From: Candidatus Poseidoniaceae archaeon | GTDB lineage: Archaea; Thermoplasmatota; Poseidoniia; Poseidoniales; Poseidoniaceae | NCBI GenBank assembly: GCA_938075675.1 | Contig: CALJHE010000011.1 | Span: 10,603-74,602 of the forward strand | Reading direction: 5' to 3' | Length of the DNA: 64,000 nucleotides | Shown: one piece after another, positions 34,730 to 43,966 of the stretch | Position numbering within the stretch: position 1 is the stretch's first letter | Layout of the letters: every line of letters begins with the position of its first letter | Position numbers and translations under genes: made by a program | Notes under the pieces: model-generated | Databases searched by the model: none | The model's input: only the letters and a program-made list of their open reading frames with translations | Told to the model about the DNA's origin: nothing

Positions 34730-35137
34730 ATGAAAATAAATCGGAATATTAAATCCCACCACAACGGTAAGAACCGACGAACTGGCCGCAAATCTACTGC
34801 TCGACGTGTCAACAAAGGACCAGCGACAGCAAACAGCGAGCGCGCAGAAGAAATCCGCCTAGCATGGGTTGCTGCAAAGCTTCTCGAGCGTGAGCAAAAG
34901 GCTGCTGCTGCTGCTGCTGCCCACGCAAAGGGTCCTTGCTGTGCTGATGATGCTGCCAAGAATGCCACCAACCTACGCCTGCTTCGCGAACTGCAGTCCA
35001 TTGTCTGCAACCGCGTTTGGAACGAAACGTTCGGCCGCTGGGATGGTGTCATGCCACGCGCCTTCGTGAGCAAGAATGCTGCACACATGCCACACTTTCG
35101 CGAATTCGCTCGCGAAAACGGTTACCGTAGTCGATAG
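34730..35137 (+). CDS. Hypothetical protein with highly basic N-terminus and poly-Ala tract
   Basis: The codon pattern looks protein-like, and the antisense ORF 34624-35088 looks like R/S/A-rich noise. No family was recognised. Confidence 0.4.
   Translation: MKINRNIKSHHNGKNRRTGRKSTARRVNKGPATANSERAEEIRLAWVAAKLLEREQKAAAAAAAHAKGPCCADDAAKNATNLRLLRELQSIVCNRVWNETFGRWDGVMPRAFVSKNAAHMPHFREFARENGYRSR
34901..34921 (+). repeat. (GCT)n trinucleotide microsatellite, about 7 units, encoding AAAAAAA
   Basis: Read directly from the sequence: gctgctgctgctgctgctgcc. Confidence 0.9.
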
Positions 35138-35178
35138 GTAGGGTGGCGAAAGCCATCATGAAGGGTGGCGACCTACGC

Positions 35179-36021
35179 TCACTGATGTTCCCATTCAGGG
35201 GTTGAGCGATTGAGAAAGGCGTTGACGCCAATCTCTTTGTCCTTCGAATCGAACAGACTGGCGAAAGCTTCAGCCTCAATGGCAACGCCTTCAGTCAATC
35301 CAACATCGAGCGCTGCTCGAATGGTCGCCTTACCAACTCGGAGTGTATTGGAAGATTTGCTACCAATGGTCTGAGCCATCTTGAGCGTGAACGCATGAAG
35401 TTCATCTGGAGTGCAAACGTGATTGGCTAAACCAATTCGGTGCGCCTCTTCAGCACTGACCATCTCGCCGGTCATGATCATCTCCATCGTCTTACCGTAG
35501 CCAACTAAGCCGACAAGACGCTGTGTTGCACCGTATCCTGGAATCAATCCAAGATTAATTTCAGGCGTTCCAAAGCGGGAACGGTCACTGGCAATCCGTA
35601 CATCACACGAACAGGCAACTTCACAGCCACCGCCCAAAGCAAATCCATCAACCATAGCAATAGTCGGCTTACTGAGGTTCCACAACGCTTCAACGGCATT
35701 GTCAGCAAACATCACACGGATGTCATCGCTTCTCTTGCCAACGAATTCTGTAATGTCTGCACCTGCAACGAATGCATTCGGTTTAGCACGCTTGCCTTCG
35801 GCTGGTTCGTTTGGTTGAGCGCCGGTGAGTACGACGACACGAACCGAATCTGTAGCTTCTACCCACGCAACCATGGCCTTCAAACTGGACATGACATCTG
35901 CATTGAGTGCATTGAGTTTGTCCGGTCTATTGATGGTGACCCAAGCGATAGAACCGAGGTCTGCTTCGTTGTTTACTGGGATTATTTCAATGGACAATAC
36001 GTCCGATTGGGGTGCGCTCAT
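35179..36021 (-). CDS. Enoyl-CoA hydratase/isomerase (crotonase) family
   Basis: The oxyanion-hole region (VDGFALGGGCEVACSCDVRIAS) is present and the 280-aa size fits. Confidence 0.9.
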   Translation of the reverse strand: MSAPQSDVLSIEIIPVNNEADLGSIAWVTINRPDKLNALNADVMSSLKAMVAWVEATDSVRVVVLTGAQPNEPAEGKRAKPNAFVAGADITEFVGKRSDDIRVMFADNAVEALWNLSKPTIAMVDGFALGGGCEVACSCDVRIASDRSRFGTPEINLGLIPGYGATQRLVGLVGYGKTMEMIMTGEMVSAEEAHRIGLANHVCTPDELHAFTLKMAQTIGSKSSNTLRVGKATIRAALDVGLTEGVAIEAEAFASLFDSKDKEIGVNAFLNRSTPEWEHQ

Positions 36022-36108
36022 GGTTCTTCCAAACAGTTTCAGTTCATCATTTCACCGTTCAACGTTCACAGACCAAGAACTCAAAGACCACGACCGTTTA
36101 CAACCTCC

Positions 36109-36900
36109 ATGGTTGAATCGCTCGCGCCTCTCGTCAAGGCAATTGACATGGCAAAAAAATACGGCGATTTCATTGCTCTGCACCCACTCAATGTCGAAGT
36201 TCATGCCGGTGAGTTCTTCGGCGTATTCGGACCAAACGGTGCAGGAAAATCGACATTCATCAAGCTGCTTACCGGGCAACTGCGACCGAGTAAAGGCCGG
36301 ATTGAAGTGCTTGGTGTCGACGCCGTCGCTGACCCACAGAAGGTCAAAGCCAACATTGGAATTGTCCCCGAGTCTGAATCACCACCATCTTTTCTCACCC
36401 CCGTAGAATTCCTTGAATTTGTAGCAAAATTACGTAGCGTGGAAAGTATTGGTGAAAGCGTCGAATACTGGATTGACTGGTTTGGACTGGACGAGAAGCG
36501 AGACACAATGTGCAAGGACCTGTCTAAAGGTCAGCGACAGAAGGTCATGCTTGCCGCAGCCTTTATTCACAAACCAAAACTTCTGTTCCTCGATGAACCG
36601 TTTGCAAACCTCGACCCAATATATCAGCGTAAATGCCGCCAATGGCTGCTGGAACATGTCAAGAACGGTGGGACAATTTTCCTCTGTTCTCACGTTCTCG
36701 AGATGGCTGAGCGTATGTGCAATCGAATGGCCATTATCAACAACGGCAAAGTTCTCGCAGCTGGCACCGTAAAGGGGCTGAAAACTTCGGACGAAGAGAC
36801 ACTCGAAGATGTCTTCATACGCTTGGTCGGACGTTCAATCGAAGATGTTGAGCGGTTGAACAATGAAGGCGTCAAAGACGGAGACACCGAGGAGGAGTAA
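36109..36900 (+). CDS. ABC transporter ATP-binding protein
   Basis: Walker A (GPNGAGKST), signature LSKGQRQKVMLAAA and Walker B (LLFLDEPFANLD) are present. The start was moved to the ATG at 36109, because the track ORF from 35815 overlaps the crotonase gene antisense. Confidence 0.9.
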   Translation: MVESLAPLVKAIDMAKKYGDFIALHPLNVEVHAGEFFGVFGPNGAGKSTFIKLLTGQLRPSKGRIEVLGVDAVADPQKVKANIGIVPESESPPSFLTPVEFLEFVAKLRSVESIGESVEYWIDWFGLDEKRDTMCKDLSKGQRQKVMLAAAFIHKPKLLFLDEPFANLDPIYQRKCRQWLLEHVKNGGTIFLCSHVLEMAERMCNRMAIINNGKVLAAGTVKGLKTSDEETLEDVFIRLVGRSIEDVERLNNEGVKDGDTEEE

Positions 36901-36902
36901 CC

Positions 36903-38603
36903 GTGCCCGGAGTAAGCGTTGTTTCTCGAGATTGGGAAGAAGTGGTTGGGCAAGAGTATTCGCTCCAAGAACCGCTTGGTACCAGTTCACACGAGCAACG
37001 CCTGCATGAACCGCTGCGAGGCTGGAACGCCTTTTCTGCCACCTTCCGAGTGATGTTCAAAGAAGAAGGAAGAAAGAGCATCGAATTTGCCAAGAAACGA
37101 CAAATTGTGTTGTTTCCGCTATTGTTGACGCTGGTCACCGCTGTGACAACCATCGGCTTGCAATTCTTGGTCGGCGATTCATCTGCTCAGGTAAGCGATT
37201 TGGAATCGAAGACCTTCACTTGGAGTGAACTTCGGTTTGCTCTTCACCTTCCTTTGTTGATGTTTAGTCTCGGGATGGGGACGTTTGCATTCATGGGCCA
37301 TGACGCTATCGTCCACCGTGCAGGAACCAAAAATTACCTGCTGGCAGCACCGGCACTGCAACCTTTACCCAATTCAGTTGCACATTTTGCTTACTTTGTC
37401 AAAGACTTGTGCTTCTATGTCATGCTTATTCTCACTCCGGTCGTCTCCGGAATGGCGCTCGGTATTCTGCTCGAATCCGCTGCCAATATTACGACCCCAC
37501 TGGAATGGTCAAGCCTGCCATGGACGTGGTTAGCGATGATTATCACGCTGGCTCAAGGCCTCGCTATCGCCTTCTTTGCATCTGCACTTTGGATGCGAGG
37601 ACGACCGTATACCATCGTTGGACCGGCAGCAATAGTCACGCTTGGAATTGCGATCGGCCTGGGCAAATTCGACATCGGTTCGATGCTTTGGGGTTTAGGC
37701 GTCCAGAACTCTCAGAATCCCGCCACTGCTCTGCTTGCACTTGTAGGCAGTATTGGCCTAGGGTGGATTTCTTCGACCCTTATCGTCGATGACTTCGATG
37801 TTTCAGTGGTCGAGCGAAAAGAGTTGTTCATACCGATTTACAATCGTCTTGGTTTCCTTGGTCGGGGAGAGATTCGTCTTATCGTCGCCAAAGAATTTGT
37901 CGACTTGTTCCGTTCAGGGTCGCTCAAGAAAATGACCGTTTCCTATGCGATTCCACTGCTTGTTTTGCTCGGAATGGCGTGGCTGGTTGACTTTGCAGAA
38001 GCCCCAATTCCAATCAACTTGCTTTCTTATGCACCGTTCCTCGGATTCTTTGGGTTCAATTTCTACTCGTGGCTTACTATTCTTGATTCACCGGAGTTCA
38101 TGAACGGTCTCCCTCTTCGTGTCCCGCAACTTATTCGGGCAAAAGTAGTGGTTTACTTCTTGGCCACTTCATGGATTTCACTGATCTTCATCGTGCTCAT
38201 GGCTTGGAGATTGGACGAATGGGGAGCGCTTCCAACGAGCATCATTGTCATGTTTGCAAACTCGGTGTACATTGTTGCACTTACTGCCTTTTTGATGGGC
38301 CTGCGACCCAATAAGGCCATTTTCGATGCCTCGATAATGATCTGGTTTTGGATTGGAACAGTCGTCCCACTGTTGCTGTTGTTCCTGCTGTCGTTCACGC
38401 AAGGAGATGTTTCCTTGTATGGGAACTGGTGGGAGCGAGCCTCACAAGATGGTTTGGCAGCTACCGCTGCCATGTACGACCAAAGTATGGTTGAACAAGG
38501 CTACAAAGGTATGATTGCAATTTCTGTTGGACTGATACTTGCCTCAGCACTGCTTTGGAAGTTGATGGACCGACGATGGGGCAAGGCCGAGTTCTCAAAC
38601 TGA
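36903..38603 (+). CDS. Polytopic membrane protein, putative permease partner of the ABC ATPase
   Basis: It starts 2 nt after the ATPase stop and has more than 10 hydrophobic helices. No specific permease family was recognised. Confidence 0.65.
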   Translation: MPGVSVVSRDWEEVVGQEYSLQEPLGTSSHEQRLHEPLRGWNAFSATFRVMFKEEGRKSIEFAKKRQIVLFPLLLTLVTAVTTIGLQFLVGDSSAQVSDLESKTFTWSELRFALHLPLLMFSLGMGTFAFMGHDAIVHRAGTKNYLLAAPALQPLPNSVAHFAYFVKDLCFYVMLILTPVVSGMALGILLESAANITTPLEWSSLPWTWLAMIITLAQGLAIAFFASALWMRGRPYTIVGPAAIVTLGIAIGLGKFDIGSMLWGLGVQNSQNPATALLALVGSIGLGWISSTLIVDDFDVSVVERKELFIPIYNRLGFLGRGEIRLIVAKEFVDLFRSGSLKKMTVSYAIPLLVLLGMAWLVDFAEAPIPINLLSYAPFLGFFGFNFYSWLTILDSPEFMNGLPLRVPQLIRAKVVVYFLATSWISLIFIVLMAWRLDEWGALPTSIIVMFANSVYIVALTAFLMGLRPNKAIFDASIMIWFWIGTVVPLLLLFLLSFTQGDVSLYGNWWERASQDGLAATAAMYDQSMVEQGYKGMIAISVGLILASALLWKLMDRRWGKAEFSN

Positions 38604-38638
38604 ACAGCCAACTTTGGCCTTTGAAAGGAGGTATCTTG

Positions 38639-39223
38639 ATGAGCATTCGTCTGCGCCATTCAAGCATGGCACGAGTCGTAGCAGTCTGCGGGATGCCGGG
38701 TTCAGGCAAAGGCGAGTTTGCCAATGTGCTGCATTCACACGGCATACCTGTGTTGTCAATGGGCGACATGGTTCGAGCGGAAGTCCGACGGCTTGAACTG
38801 AAAGAATCACCTGGGATTTTTGGCGAAATTGCTGCTCAATTACGAGCGGAACACGGTGAAGATGTTCTCGCCGTACGACTGGCAGATGCTGTTGATGAAC
38901 ACCTCAAGAACAACCCGATCGTCCTTATCGAAGGAATGCGAGGAACTGCAGAGAGGGTTGTGTTTGAACAACGCTGGAAGAAGAACTTCTTCTCACTGGC
39001 AGTCGATGCATCGCCTGATACCCGATTCACTCGGATTCAGAACAGAGGCCGTTCGGAAGATGGAGACAGGGAAGCGTTCGAGGTACGAGACAAGCGTGAG
39101 CGTGGCTGGGGGCTTGAACAGATCATCGCTGAATCGAATTTTTTGATTGACAACAACGTCGAACTTCGCGCATTTCAAGCCTCATGCGAAGAATGGCTTT
39201 TAGCGTTTGAAAGCGATGAATAA
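38639..39223 (+). CDS. P-loop nucleotide kinase-like protein (UPF0200 / adenylate-kinase-like fold)
   Basis: VAVCGMPGSGKGEFANVL...PVLSMGDMVRAEV resembles the archaeal UPF0200 family. GGAGG lies 8 nt upstream of the ATG at 38639. Confidence 0.65.
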   Translation: MSIRLRHSSMARVVAVCGMPGSGKGEFANVLHSHGIPVLSMGDMVRAEVRRLELKESPGIFGEIAAQLRAEHGEDVLAVRLADAVDEHLKNNPIVLIEGMRGTAERVVFEQRWKKNFFSLAVDASPDTRFTRIQNRGRSEDGDREAFEVRDKRERGWGLEQIIAESNFLIDNNVELRAFQASCEEWLLAFESDE

Positions 39224-39353
39224 TCTCTCCATCCAAAACTTCGCTTTTGGGGAAAATTTTCTGCTCGCAGGCAACGGTTTTCGGGGTTGTTTTCACCCAA
39301 GGGTTATAGTCGGCCATAGCGTGTGATGAAATGCTTCGGCAGAGGGTGCGCGT

Positions 39354-40880
39354 ATGGCAAGAAAACAAAACAAAGGTGGTGGCAAGCGTCAGCGAGCCAA
39401 ACAACGCGCCCAATACGACGAACTCGATAAGTACCCGGTCATGCCACCGCACGCCTTTGCGCGCATCGTTCGTGACAAACAAACGCTCAACATTATTTAC
39501 CAAATCATCGAACCACCGATGACCAAAAGAGAACAGGAATACCGAGATGAAATCCTCGACATCTTCATTCGCTCTCTCACGGCCAACATCGAAGAAATCG
39601 ATGCAAATCCTGAAGCCTACATTCGTACTGCCATGGACAAGGTAATCAAAGCCTACGGCATGAAGATTAACAAAAAGTCAAAGTCGAAGATTTTCTACTA
39701 CCTACGCCGAGACTTGATTGGATACGGACAAATGGACGTTCTCATGAACGACATCAACGTGGAAGATATTTCTCTTGACGGTACTGGCGTTCCAATCTTC
39801 GCCTACCACCGAAAGTTCGAATCGGTGGAAACCACCTGTGTTTGGAACACGGACCACGAATTGGAATCGTATGTTATCAAACTCGCACAACGGTGTGGCA
39901 AGCACATTTCTGTTGCCGACCCATTGCTGGATGCAACGCTGATGGATGGTTCTCGAATTGTTATGAAACTCGGTCACGAGATTTCGACCCGTGGTTCAGC
40001 GTTCTGTATTCGACGCTTCAAGGACGACCCGTTCTCCCCTGCTGATATCGTTGCGTTCAGAACCATGTCTTCGCTGATGGTAGCCTACCTGTGGATTGGG
40101 TTCCAAAATGAAGTCCCAATGCTGTTCGTCGGTGGTACTGCGTCCGGAAAGACAACAACACTCAACGCCATGTGTATTTTCATCCCTTGGCAGATGAAGA
40201 TTGTTTCAATCGAATCAACCCGTGAAGTCAACATCCCTCAGCCAAACTGGGTTCCGGGTCTTACTCGGCAAGGTTTCGGTGGAGAATCCACCGATGGTGT
40301 GATCGGGGAGTTCGAGTTGCTCAAGGCAGCTCTTCGTGAGCGGCCTGAATACATTATTGTCGGTGAGATCCGTGGTGCAGAAGCATATGTTCTGTTCCAA
40401 GCAATGGCAACTGGCCACTGTGCATATTCAACCGTCCACGCCGACTCTGTTCCATCTCTTGTTCACCGATTGGAGAACAAGCCGATTGACATCCCACGTG
40501 TCTTGCTGCCAGCACTGGAAGCTTGTTGCATTCAGATTCAGACTCGTATTAACGGTAAGCGTGTCCGTCGGACAAAACAACTTGTGGAAATCGTCGGTAT
40601 CGATCCGAACTCGCTTGAAATCATCACCAACGAAGTGTTCCGTTGGGACGTCACCAGTGATGACTTCATCTTCAGTGGAAAATCCTACGTTCTTGAGAAG
40701 ATTATGGTTAAACTCAATTATTCTCAAGACGACATGCGACGTGAACTGCGTACTCGGAAGCGTATCCTTGAGTGGATGGTCTTGAACGATATTCGCAAAG
40801 CAGACCAAGTCTCTCAAATCGTCACTGAATATTACGTACGACCTACAGAAATCATGGCACGGGTTGACGGACTTCGCTGA
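39354..40880 (+). CDS. Type IV filament assembly ATPase (FlaI/EpdL/TadA-like, GspE-VirB11 superfamily)
   Basis: Walker A (GGTASGKTTTLNA) and Walker B/Asp box (PEYIIVGEIRGAEA) are present. The His box region (GHCAYSTVHADS) and an archaeal-type N-terminal domain complete the picture. Confidence 0.9.
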   Translation: MARKQNKGGGKRQRAKQRAQYDELDKYPVMPPHAFARIVRDKQTLNIIYQIIEPPMTKREQEYRDEILDIFIRSLTANIEEIDANPEAYIRTAMDKVIKAYGMKINKKSKSKIFYYLRRDLIGYGQMDVLMNDINVEDISLDGTGVPIFAYHRKFESVETTCVWNTDHELESYVIKLAQRCGKHISVADPLLDATLMDGSRIVMKLGHEISTRGSAFCIRRFKDDPFSPADIVAFRTMSSLMVAYLWIGFQNEVPMLFVGGTASGKTTTLNAMCIFIPWQMKIVSIESTREVNIPQPNWVPGLTRQGFGGESTDGVIGEFELLKAALRERPEYIIVGEIRGAEAYVLFQAMATGHCAYSTVHADSVPSLVHRLENKPIDIPRVLLPALEACCIQIQTRINGKRVRRTKQLVEIVGIDPNSLEIITNEVFRWDVTSDDFIFSGKSYVLEKIMVKLNYSQDDMRRELRTRKRILEWMVLNDIRKADQVSQIVTEYYVRPTEIMARVDGLR

Positions 40881-40897
40881 AGAACAAGGGTGATTCG

Positions 40898-41917
40898 ATG
40901 GACTTAACGACATGGCAAAGGATTTGCAACCGAGTTCTCGGTCGCTTCCTGCGTAAGCGTGCTCGTAACGACAAGGCCCTCTCCGAAAGCCTCGTCAAAG
41001 GCGCTATGCCGATGATGCCAGAAGTCTATCTGGCTACGGCAATCATGACAACCATCGCTATCACCTTGGTTTCTTGGGGATTCGTCTCACTGTTCTTCAT
41101 CCCTGATATCGGAGTCATCGCCTATTGGGAAAGTATCCAAGACCCTGCAACCATCAATTACTGTTTCGAGTGGGAATACTGGAATCAAGACCTCGTTGAC
41201 CCGAATAAACCAGGAAACGGCTGTGACGGATTTGCATACCAAGTGTTCCCACCAATCCTCAAGGTACTCATCGTTGCAATTGGTGGACTAATTGTCCCCT
41301 ATGGCGCTTTCAAGTACAACAAGGGTGGTGCAACCCGTGAGGCTGCTCGCCGAGGTGCAATGATTGAGAAGTACCTTCCATACGCTGCATCCTACACCGC
41401 TGCTATGTCCGCAGCAAACGCAACACCTTCCAAGATTTTCCGCTCACTTGCAATGAACAAAGAAATCTATGGAGACGTCGCTGACGATGCTGCGATGGTG
41501 TACCGAGATGTCACACTGTTGGGTTATGACCTCATTACGGCCATGAAGATGAGTGTCGATCGGGCTGCTTCTGTTTGGCTGACGGAATTCTTCCAAGGTA
41601 TGGTCGGCACCCTCACTGCTGGTGGTCAACTCAAATTGTATTTCCTCAACAGAGCAGAGCACTACATGCGTGAAAACCGAACACGGCTTCAGATGTTCCT
41701 TGAATCGATTGCACTGCTGGCAGAATCGTACATTGTTGTCGCTGTTGCTATGCCACTGTTCCTGATTGTCATGCTGGTCATCATGTTCTGGGTTTCAGGC
41801 AGCGGTGCGCAAATGTCTGAAGGCATGCTCTATGGAATCGTTCTTGGATTCGTGCCAATGATTCACATTGCATACGCAATATTAGTCTGGACCAGCAGTA
41901 AAGAGCAAGAAATGTGA
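40898..41917 (+). CDS. Type IV filament platform protein, single T2SSF domain (EpdJ/TadB-like)
   Basis: The region LPYAASYTAAMSAANATPSKIFRSLA...VYRDVTLLGYDLITAMKMSV...FFQGMVGTLTAGGQL is FlaJ/TadC-type, flanked by TM helices. GGGTGA precedes the ATG. Confidence 0.8.
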   Translation: MDLTTWQRICNRVLGRFLRKRARNDKALSESLVKGAMPMMPEVYLATAIMTTIAITLVSWGFVSLFFIPDIGVIAYWESIQDPATINYCFEWEYWNQDLVDPNKPGNGCDGFAYQVFPPILKVLIVAIGGLIVPYGAFKYNKGGATREAARRGAMIEKYLPYAASYTAAMSAANATPSKIFRSLAMNKEIYGDVADDAAMVYRDVTLLGYDLITAMKMSVDRAASVWLTEFFQGMVGTLTAGGQLKLYFLNRAEHYMRENRTRLQMFLESIALLAESYIVVAVAMPLFLIVMLVIMFWVSGSGAQMSEGMLYGIVLGFVPMIHIAYAILVWTSSKEQEM

Positions 41918-43521
41918 GAGGAGGTGAGAAGTTGGCCAAAAAGAAGAACAAGATAACCGTCAAACTCGACCTTCCAAAGGACGATTCGACGCTTACGAAA
42001 CTCTATGCGATTCTCTTTGTTTCGATTTTCTTAGGCTTGTGCACCGGAACGGTTTGGGCGACCAACTCCGGATTTATTCCAACATCCAACGGCGAACCAA
42101 TGTTCACCAACTTGTACTGTGGAATCACTGCCGAAGATTCCCAAGGAAACTCAGTCGGCGAGAAATTCAACACCAACATCAAGCCAGACTACTCTGCGAA
42201 TCAATCGTGCTCAATTCTCCAAGACGCTCCAGACCGAGTCGTATGGAAGGGTGAAGAGTGGAGAACGTTCACCAAACAAGGAAAGAACTTCGATGTTCCA
42301 GGCGTAAACTCGGACCAAACTGGAGGCGTCATGGTGCTTCAGCCACTTTGGCTCAATTGCAGCGTAGATGCCGACACTCCTACCGACTACATCGTCGCTA
42401 TTCGTTCTCAAGACGGTGACATTCTTGAAAGTCACCAAGGTACAACCGATACGGACAACAACCCAGACAACGACGGTTGTGGAATCACACTCGATAACAT
42501 TCCTCCGGATACCAGATACGAGCTTGTCGCCTTCTCCCTCGAAGAAGGAAAGCGAATTTCGGAGATGACGTTTGATGTCACGGTACACTACTTCGACGGC
42601 ATACCATCGAATATGAACAATAAATCCTACTGGCTCGGGCCTGAGTTGGACCTTGGCGTCAAGTCCATTCGCCCATTCATTTTCCTCAATTTCTTTGGAA
42701 TGACCTTCTTTTTCCTCTTGTACCCCGCTTCATACTACTGGGAACGGGTTGAGAACGCAAAGAACGAAGTCGAGGAGAAATTCCCTGATTTCCTCCGTGA
42801 CTTAGCAGAATACTGGAAAGGTGGTCTTTCGATGACCGTTGCGATTCAAACGCTGGCGACCTCAGAATACGGTGCATTAAACGACGAAGTCAAGAAAATG
42901 TCCGATCAACTCAGTTGGGGTGTCAAGTTCAGTGATGTCATCAAGCAATTCGCAGACCGTGTCGGTACTCCACTGGTACAGCGAGCGATTGCACTCATTG
43001 CAGAAGCAGACCGAGCGGGTGGAAAGATTTCCGATATTCTTGTCACAGCAGCGAACGATTCTCGTGAATTGAAGTTCTTAGAAGGTGAACGGAGACGTGC
43101 AATCGGCTCGTACATTGCGGTCATTTGGACATCTTACTTCGTTTTCCTCGGCGTTATCGTCACACTGGCTGTTGTCTTTATCCCTGCTATCGCCGGTTCC
43201 AATTCGAGCGGTGAAGACGGAGGCGACAGCGGCGGTCAGACGATTGGTAACATGACAATCCGTAACATTGACCCGCTGTTTTTCCTGACTGTATTCTACT
43301 ACGGTGTAACCATGCAGGCCGTCGGCAACGGTACAATGGCAGGCCTCATGTCAACCGGTCGATTCTCCACTGGTTTCAAGCACTCTGGAATGATGATATT
43401 GGTTTCCATTGTCGTGTTTAACTTCTTAGCGTTCACACCGAATCTCATCGGTGTCACCGAGGTGCCAGGACTCAATCCATCTACGGGAACGTTCATTCCT
43501 TCGCCGCTGTTCTTCGGGTGA
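41914..43521 (+). CDS. Type IV filament platform protein, single T2SSF domain with large N-terminal extracytoplasmic insertion (EpdK/TadC-like)
   Basis: The T2SSF region FPDFLRDLAEYWKGGLSMTVAIQTL...PLVQRAIALIAEADRAGGKISDIL is present. It is preceded by one TM helix and about 200 aa of soluble sequence with 4 Cys. The start is either the GTG at 41914 (overlapping the upstream stop) or the TTG at 41932 behind GGAGGTG. Confidence 0.8.
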   Translation: MRGGEKLAKKKNKITVKLDLPKDDSTLTKLYAILFVSIFLGLCTGTVWATNSGFIPTSNGEPMFTNLYCGITAEDSQGNSVGEKFNTNIKPDYSANQSCSILQDAPDRVVWKGEEWRTFTKQGKNFDVPGVNSDQTGGVMVLQPLWLNCSVDADTPTDYIVAIRSQDGDILESHQGTTDTDNNPDNDGCGITLDNIPPDTRYELVAFSLEEGKRISEMTFDVTVHYFDGIPSNMNNKSYWLGPELDLGVKSIRPFIFLNFFGMTFFFLLYPASYYWERVENAKNEVEEKFPDFLRDLAEYWKGGLSMTVAIQTLATSEYGALNDEVKKMSDQLSWGVKFSDVIKQFADRVGTPLVQRAIALIAEADRAGGKISDILVTAANDSRELKFLEGERRRAIGSYIAVIWTSYFVFLGVIVTLAVVFIPAIAGSNSSGEDGGDSGGQTIGNMTIRNIDPLFFLTVFYYGVTMQAVGNGTMAGLMSTGRFSTGFKHSGMMILVSIVVFNFLAFTPNLIGVTEVPGLNPSTGTFIPSPLFFG

Positions 43522-43525
43522 TTGA

Positions 43526-43966
43526 ATGCGACAAAACGAAGAAGCCCAAATCCACATCCTTGAGATGTTGACGTTGTTTTGGCTGTTTTTCATGTCTGCA
43601 ACCTTCTTGATTCGTATCCAAGTTCCGGATGCACCCTCAGTTGCTCATGATGCTGCGTTGGAAATTGCAGGTGATGATGCGTTTCGATACGGTATTGGAC
43701 TTGAAGCGGAAGCCTCGGGCGAGAATCGATTGAGCGAGTTGCTTGAAAGCGGCGAATTGGATGAAGCATGTCAGTTGCTCCAAGATTACATCGTCGCAGG
43801 AAAAGAAGCAAACTGCTGGTTAGCACAAAACAGCGGCACTTCTGCCCCCTACGGCAATACCGGTACGCCTGCTGGTGAAACGGTAACCGTTCATCACTTA
43901 TTGGCGAATGACGAGCACTCTTGGACGGTCACTCTTGACGTTTGGAATCGAGGAGGTGGAGCATGA
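43526..43966 (+). CDS. Small protein with N-terminal hydrophobic helix; candidate pilin/pseudopilin
   Basis: The N-terminus MRQNEEAQ-IHILEMLTLFWLFFMSATFLI is a short polar leader followed by about 20 hydrophobic residues, with Glu at +5 if cleaved after Q. It lies immediately downstream of the platform genes. Confidence 0.45.
   Translation: MRQNEEAQIHILEMLTLFWLFFMSATFLIRIQVPDAPSVAHDAALEIAGDDAFRYGIGLEAEASGENRLSELLESGELDEACQLLQDYIVAGKEANCWLAQNSGTSAPYGNTGTPAGETVTVHHLLANDEHSWTVTLDVWNRGGGA

Noticed and set aside
34730-34830. A resemblance of the basic N-terminus (KSHHNGKNRR...) to eukaryotic ribosomal protein eL29 (KNHT.HNQ..K.HRNG).
   Set aside because: The similarity is limited to a few low-complexity basic residues and is far too weak to claim without a profile search.
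34624-35088. A 154-aa minus-strand ORF opposite the basic/poly-Ala ORF.
   Set aside because: It has the R/S/A-rich composition typical of antisense translation of a GC-rich coding region. The plus-strand frame has more protein-like codon usage. Both calls remain low confidence.
35815-36108. An N-terminal extension of the ABC ATPase ORF (361 aa in the track).
   Set aside because: It is antisense to the well-supported crotonase gene (35179-36021). The ATPase homology starts just after the ATG at 36109.
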